From positions 3,820,738 to 3,884,737 of the forward strand of contig OZ316896.1 of the NCBI GenBank assembly GCA_973895155.1: a DNA stretch of 64,000 nt, given 5' to 3'. Of this stretch, positions 60,894 to 64,000 are shown piece after piece. The stretch is from Marsupella aquatica (lineage: Eukaryota; Plantae; Marchantiophyta). The notes beneath the pieces were generated by a model, which was not told where the DNA came from, did not search any database, and worked only from the letters and a program-made list of their open reading frames with translations. Both the position numbers and the translations under genes were made by a program. How positions within the stretch are numbered: position 1 is the first letter of the stretch; each line of letters starts with the position of its first letter.

Positions 60894-63317
60894 TGAGCAC
60901 CAGCTATTGCTCCTTGACTTCAAATTGAATATACGTACTCGCCTGTATCCAGTCCTTCCTGTTTGATGCGTGCCCCCGCGGCGCGAATTCTCTTCTTATC
61001 CAGCTCAGCTTAGATTGTCTAGAATACCACTCGATGTACTAGACGGAATGGCACTCATCCAAATCTGTATCGTCGGCCCAGAAATGGTCTATTAGTACGC
61101 TCACTATAACTTCTTGCCCTTGTGATTAGGGATACTGAGTTGGACAACATTGGAAGTTCAGTCGCACTGTCATTCGAACACAGTCATGGACTCTCATTAG
61201 TTTCTTGGATTAATGATACACATTCTAAATGGAAGCGCATAATCGGCTGACGATGGAGTCTAGTAGCTAGATTCCCAAGTGCATCCAAATGCTATGATGA
61301 AAGGGATGGGAGGCAAAGAGATCCAAGAGCAATCAGGCATGGACAATAACATGCACGGACGTTCACAACGGCATTTACATCGCAGAGGGGCATTTCCTGG
61401 AGATCAAGAGACTCAACCAACTTCCGACCGCGCATTCTGAGCTCATTAGAAATTATTTGATGCATCAGAGAACTCTATCACCTCACCTGTAGCAAATCTT
61501 GAAGGGGACTCCAAATCATCACTCAACAGGCAACTGCTAGCAATCATTAAATGGCAGTAGCTATCGAATGCAATTAGGAGAAACAACCATACCTGAACCG
61601 AAAGCTCGTCAAGTTCTATGTAGTGAATTTTATACGGCGATCTACAAAATATGGCGACACATTAGTAGTGTCGTCAAACCTCCGAGCTCATGTCGCATGA
61701 ATAGCTGCGCTGTCTAGAAACTCTGTCCACCTTCGTTCAGTGCGCGTTTAGGATCGAGTCTTCGATCATCATGTCTGTACAAAACCTCTGATCGACGCGC
61801 AACCCATACAACAGCAGCGATTCACACGAGCTAAACATTGGAAAGTCTCTTTCAAGGGGCTGCACGGGCCCGTCTCTTTTGCTCAGCATGCCTGGATTTA
61901 CACTAGCCTAGCGCCAATGCAGAACCCGACGCACTATGCGAATTAGCTCACGGTTTCAAAGCACGAGCGGAAAATCCGAATTGATTCTCATTCTCTCGGC
62001 TCTCCTTCAAATCTCATTAACCCAGAATTGCTTTTCATTTGTTAGTCACTAAACGGAAACACCAAACAACTGGGCACAAACGCAGCTCTCCCACTGATTC
62101 TTCCTCTATCACGCTCCCAGACCGATCTTCCACCACGCCAATCCTCATCAACAACAACCTTCCTACTACTATTCAATCCGAATCGGCTGCAAAGCCAACA
62201 ATCCAAGAAATCGATGACAAGAAGCTGCAGCGAGAGATTAAATTACCAACGACTCGATCGGCACGAATCCTCTTCGACGGATTGCTTCCTTCCTGAGTTT
62301 CTCTGTTGCGCCAATCTCCGAAGCTCGCACGAATGTAGAGTGTAACGAGTTGGGGAATTAGAATCCGGAGCACTGGTAACGAGAGGCATCTAATTACAAA
62401 AGCTGTGACAGAATACTACTGTTGAACAGAGACGCTGATTTCAAACACAGCCCGTCAGGAGTTAATTAATGGCCGCCGGATTTTGCCTTCTTGAAGGCCT
62501 ACCAAGCGGATTCACCGCCGGGATATTAGGCAGTGGTCAGGTCTCATCTACGGTGCACGAGTACCCATATTGGAACGTGAAGTCTCGCTTCCAAGATATC
62601 CTCGAGATTACCCCTTGAACGGCTGGACCTACTTCCACATCAATGGGCTGTGAACAAGTGTTGTTTTCTAATCCAAAGATTTACGAATTTGTGGGCTACA
62701 AAGAAAACATTAATCTCGGCAAACAAGTTGTAGTGCACATGCCTACATTGTCTCAGTACACTGTTGACTGTTGGTGTAGCCCAAAATTTTAGCCGCTTTG
62801 TTTCAATTAATTAGTGAGAGTTAGTGATTAACAGTAACTACTGTACCTTGACGACCCATTCTTTGAATCTAGGTGAGAACCAAAACATCTTCGCTACTAC
62901 TCATCAATGAATTTGCCTCATCTTTGTTTTGGACCTCATTTTCAGTTATGTCCCAAAAACCCCCATCTTCATTAGGGCTTCTCAAAACTGAGAAATTACA
63001 AATTATGCCACTCACCCATAAAGTGATGGTCATAACTTTGTCACAAGGTTGTGTGATTTGTTTTTGGTTTTTCTCTACAGTGATTAATGATAATGGCATA
63101 TGACCAATCCTACTGGAAAAATTTATGGACTGTGAATTTTGTAGTTTGTAATTTTTTGTGTCCTTAACCTGTAACTAGGGAGTTAAGGTCCATCAAATTA
63201 TTAGATGCTCTATTGTAGACACCTCACTTTAATCATGTCCCAAAAGCCAGGCTCTAGAGACTTCATTGTAGACAGTAGGTTGTGCACATAACTTTGGATT
63301 ACGATTATATAGATAGA

Positions 63318-63520
63318 CTAGCTCAATCCCCGTGCGTTGCACAAGATATGTCAAGTCGCCCAAGATATCATTAAGAAAAAAGATATTGTGACATCCAAGA
63401 TGTTGCTAAGAGAAAGGATGTAGTGTCGCCCAAGATCGATGTTGTTAATAAGAGAAAAGATGTTGTGTTGCCCAAGCTTTCATTAAGAAAAAAAATGTTG
63501 TTGTGTCTCTTGCCCCTAAA
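63318..63520 (-). mobile_element. Helitron 3' terminus with subterminal AAAAAAGATGT repeats
   Basis: A-CTAG-ctcaatccc-CGTGCGTTGCAC is the reverse complement of the canonical GTGCAACGCACGGG...CTAG|T end; same family as 29804. Confidence 0.75.
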
Positions 63521-64000
63521 GCCATCATGTTTGCTTACTTGGCTTTGGCCGCCTCAATGTCGAGATCCCTTGGTGCGACAGCATGGCTTGGCCGACTTTC
63601 CAACGACCCTTTTTCTTATCCCTTGCATCCCCAAACCCAATTGGAACCTCATCCAAGCTTACTCGGCTCCTTACTCACCCTTGGGGGTTTCACTTCCTCA
63701 AAAATGGCACATCACGTGCAACAAAAGATAGGGTCATTTTAGTGGTTTGAAGGAAAGACTTCAGAATTTTCTCATAAGAACAATAAGGTCTTTTAAATCC
63801 AATTTTGAGACTTACAAGAACATAAGGGTCTTTCTAACCAATTTTCTCAAATATTCCAAAAATATTTCAACTTTGTAGGGGTTGAAATTTTTTATTTTTT
63901 TACATTTTAGGGGATCTGAGGCCTAAAACCGTCTCAGGTGATGGGGAGCATCCATATATATAGTGAGACCCCCGAGTAGTCACCAACGCCATGATTGCCC

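Overview
Nuclear genomic DNA of a land plant, probably a bryophyte or other non-seed plant. That guess rests only on splice-site style and long leaders, so confidence is low. Four conserved genes could be reconstructed by hand with in-frame GT-AG structures: a 7-exon NPF/PTR transporter most like NPF3 (+, 11199-17153, 742 aa, with a large acidic loop insertion); an intronless PHT1 phosphate transporter (-, 20837-22510) with a proximal P1BS and a 53-codon upstream ORF; AUGMIN1/HAUS1 (+, 43839-46583, 311 aa); and a SWEET sugar transporter (-, 52835-55707, about 227 aa). A fifth gene, whose spliced product the ORF track does not show, is a 2-exon, 98-aa protein (-, 1002-1534) with a DEN motif, a D-box (RMPLKEIT) and a C-terminal LR tail, the layout of a candidate APC/C substrate or inhibitor. 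Intergenic DNA holds non-autonomous Helitron pieces (one nested), MITE-like elements, two tRNA-derived SINE-like families, many local tandem duplications, two near-perfect hairpins, a mosaic plastid insert (trnN + ccsA), a CpG-decayed copy of the AUG1 upstream region, and two decayed coding-like tracts. All coordinates were read by eye and no searches were run. Repeat boundaries are approximate.
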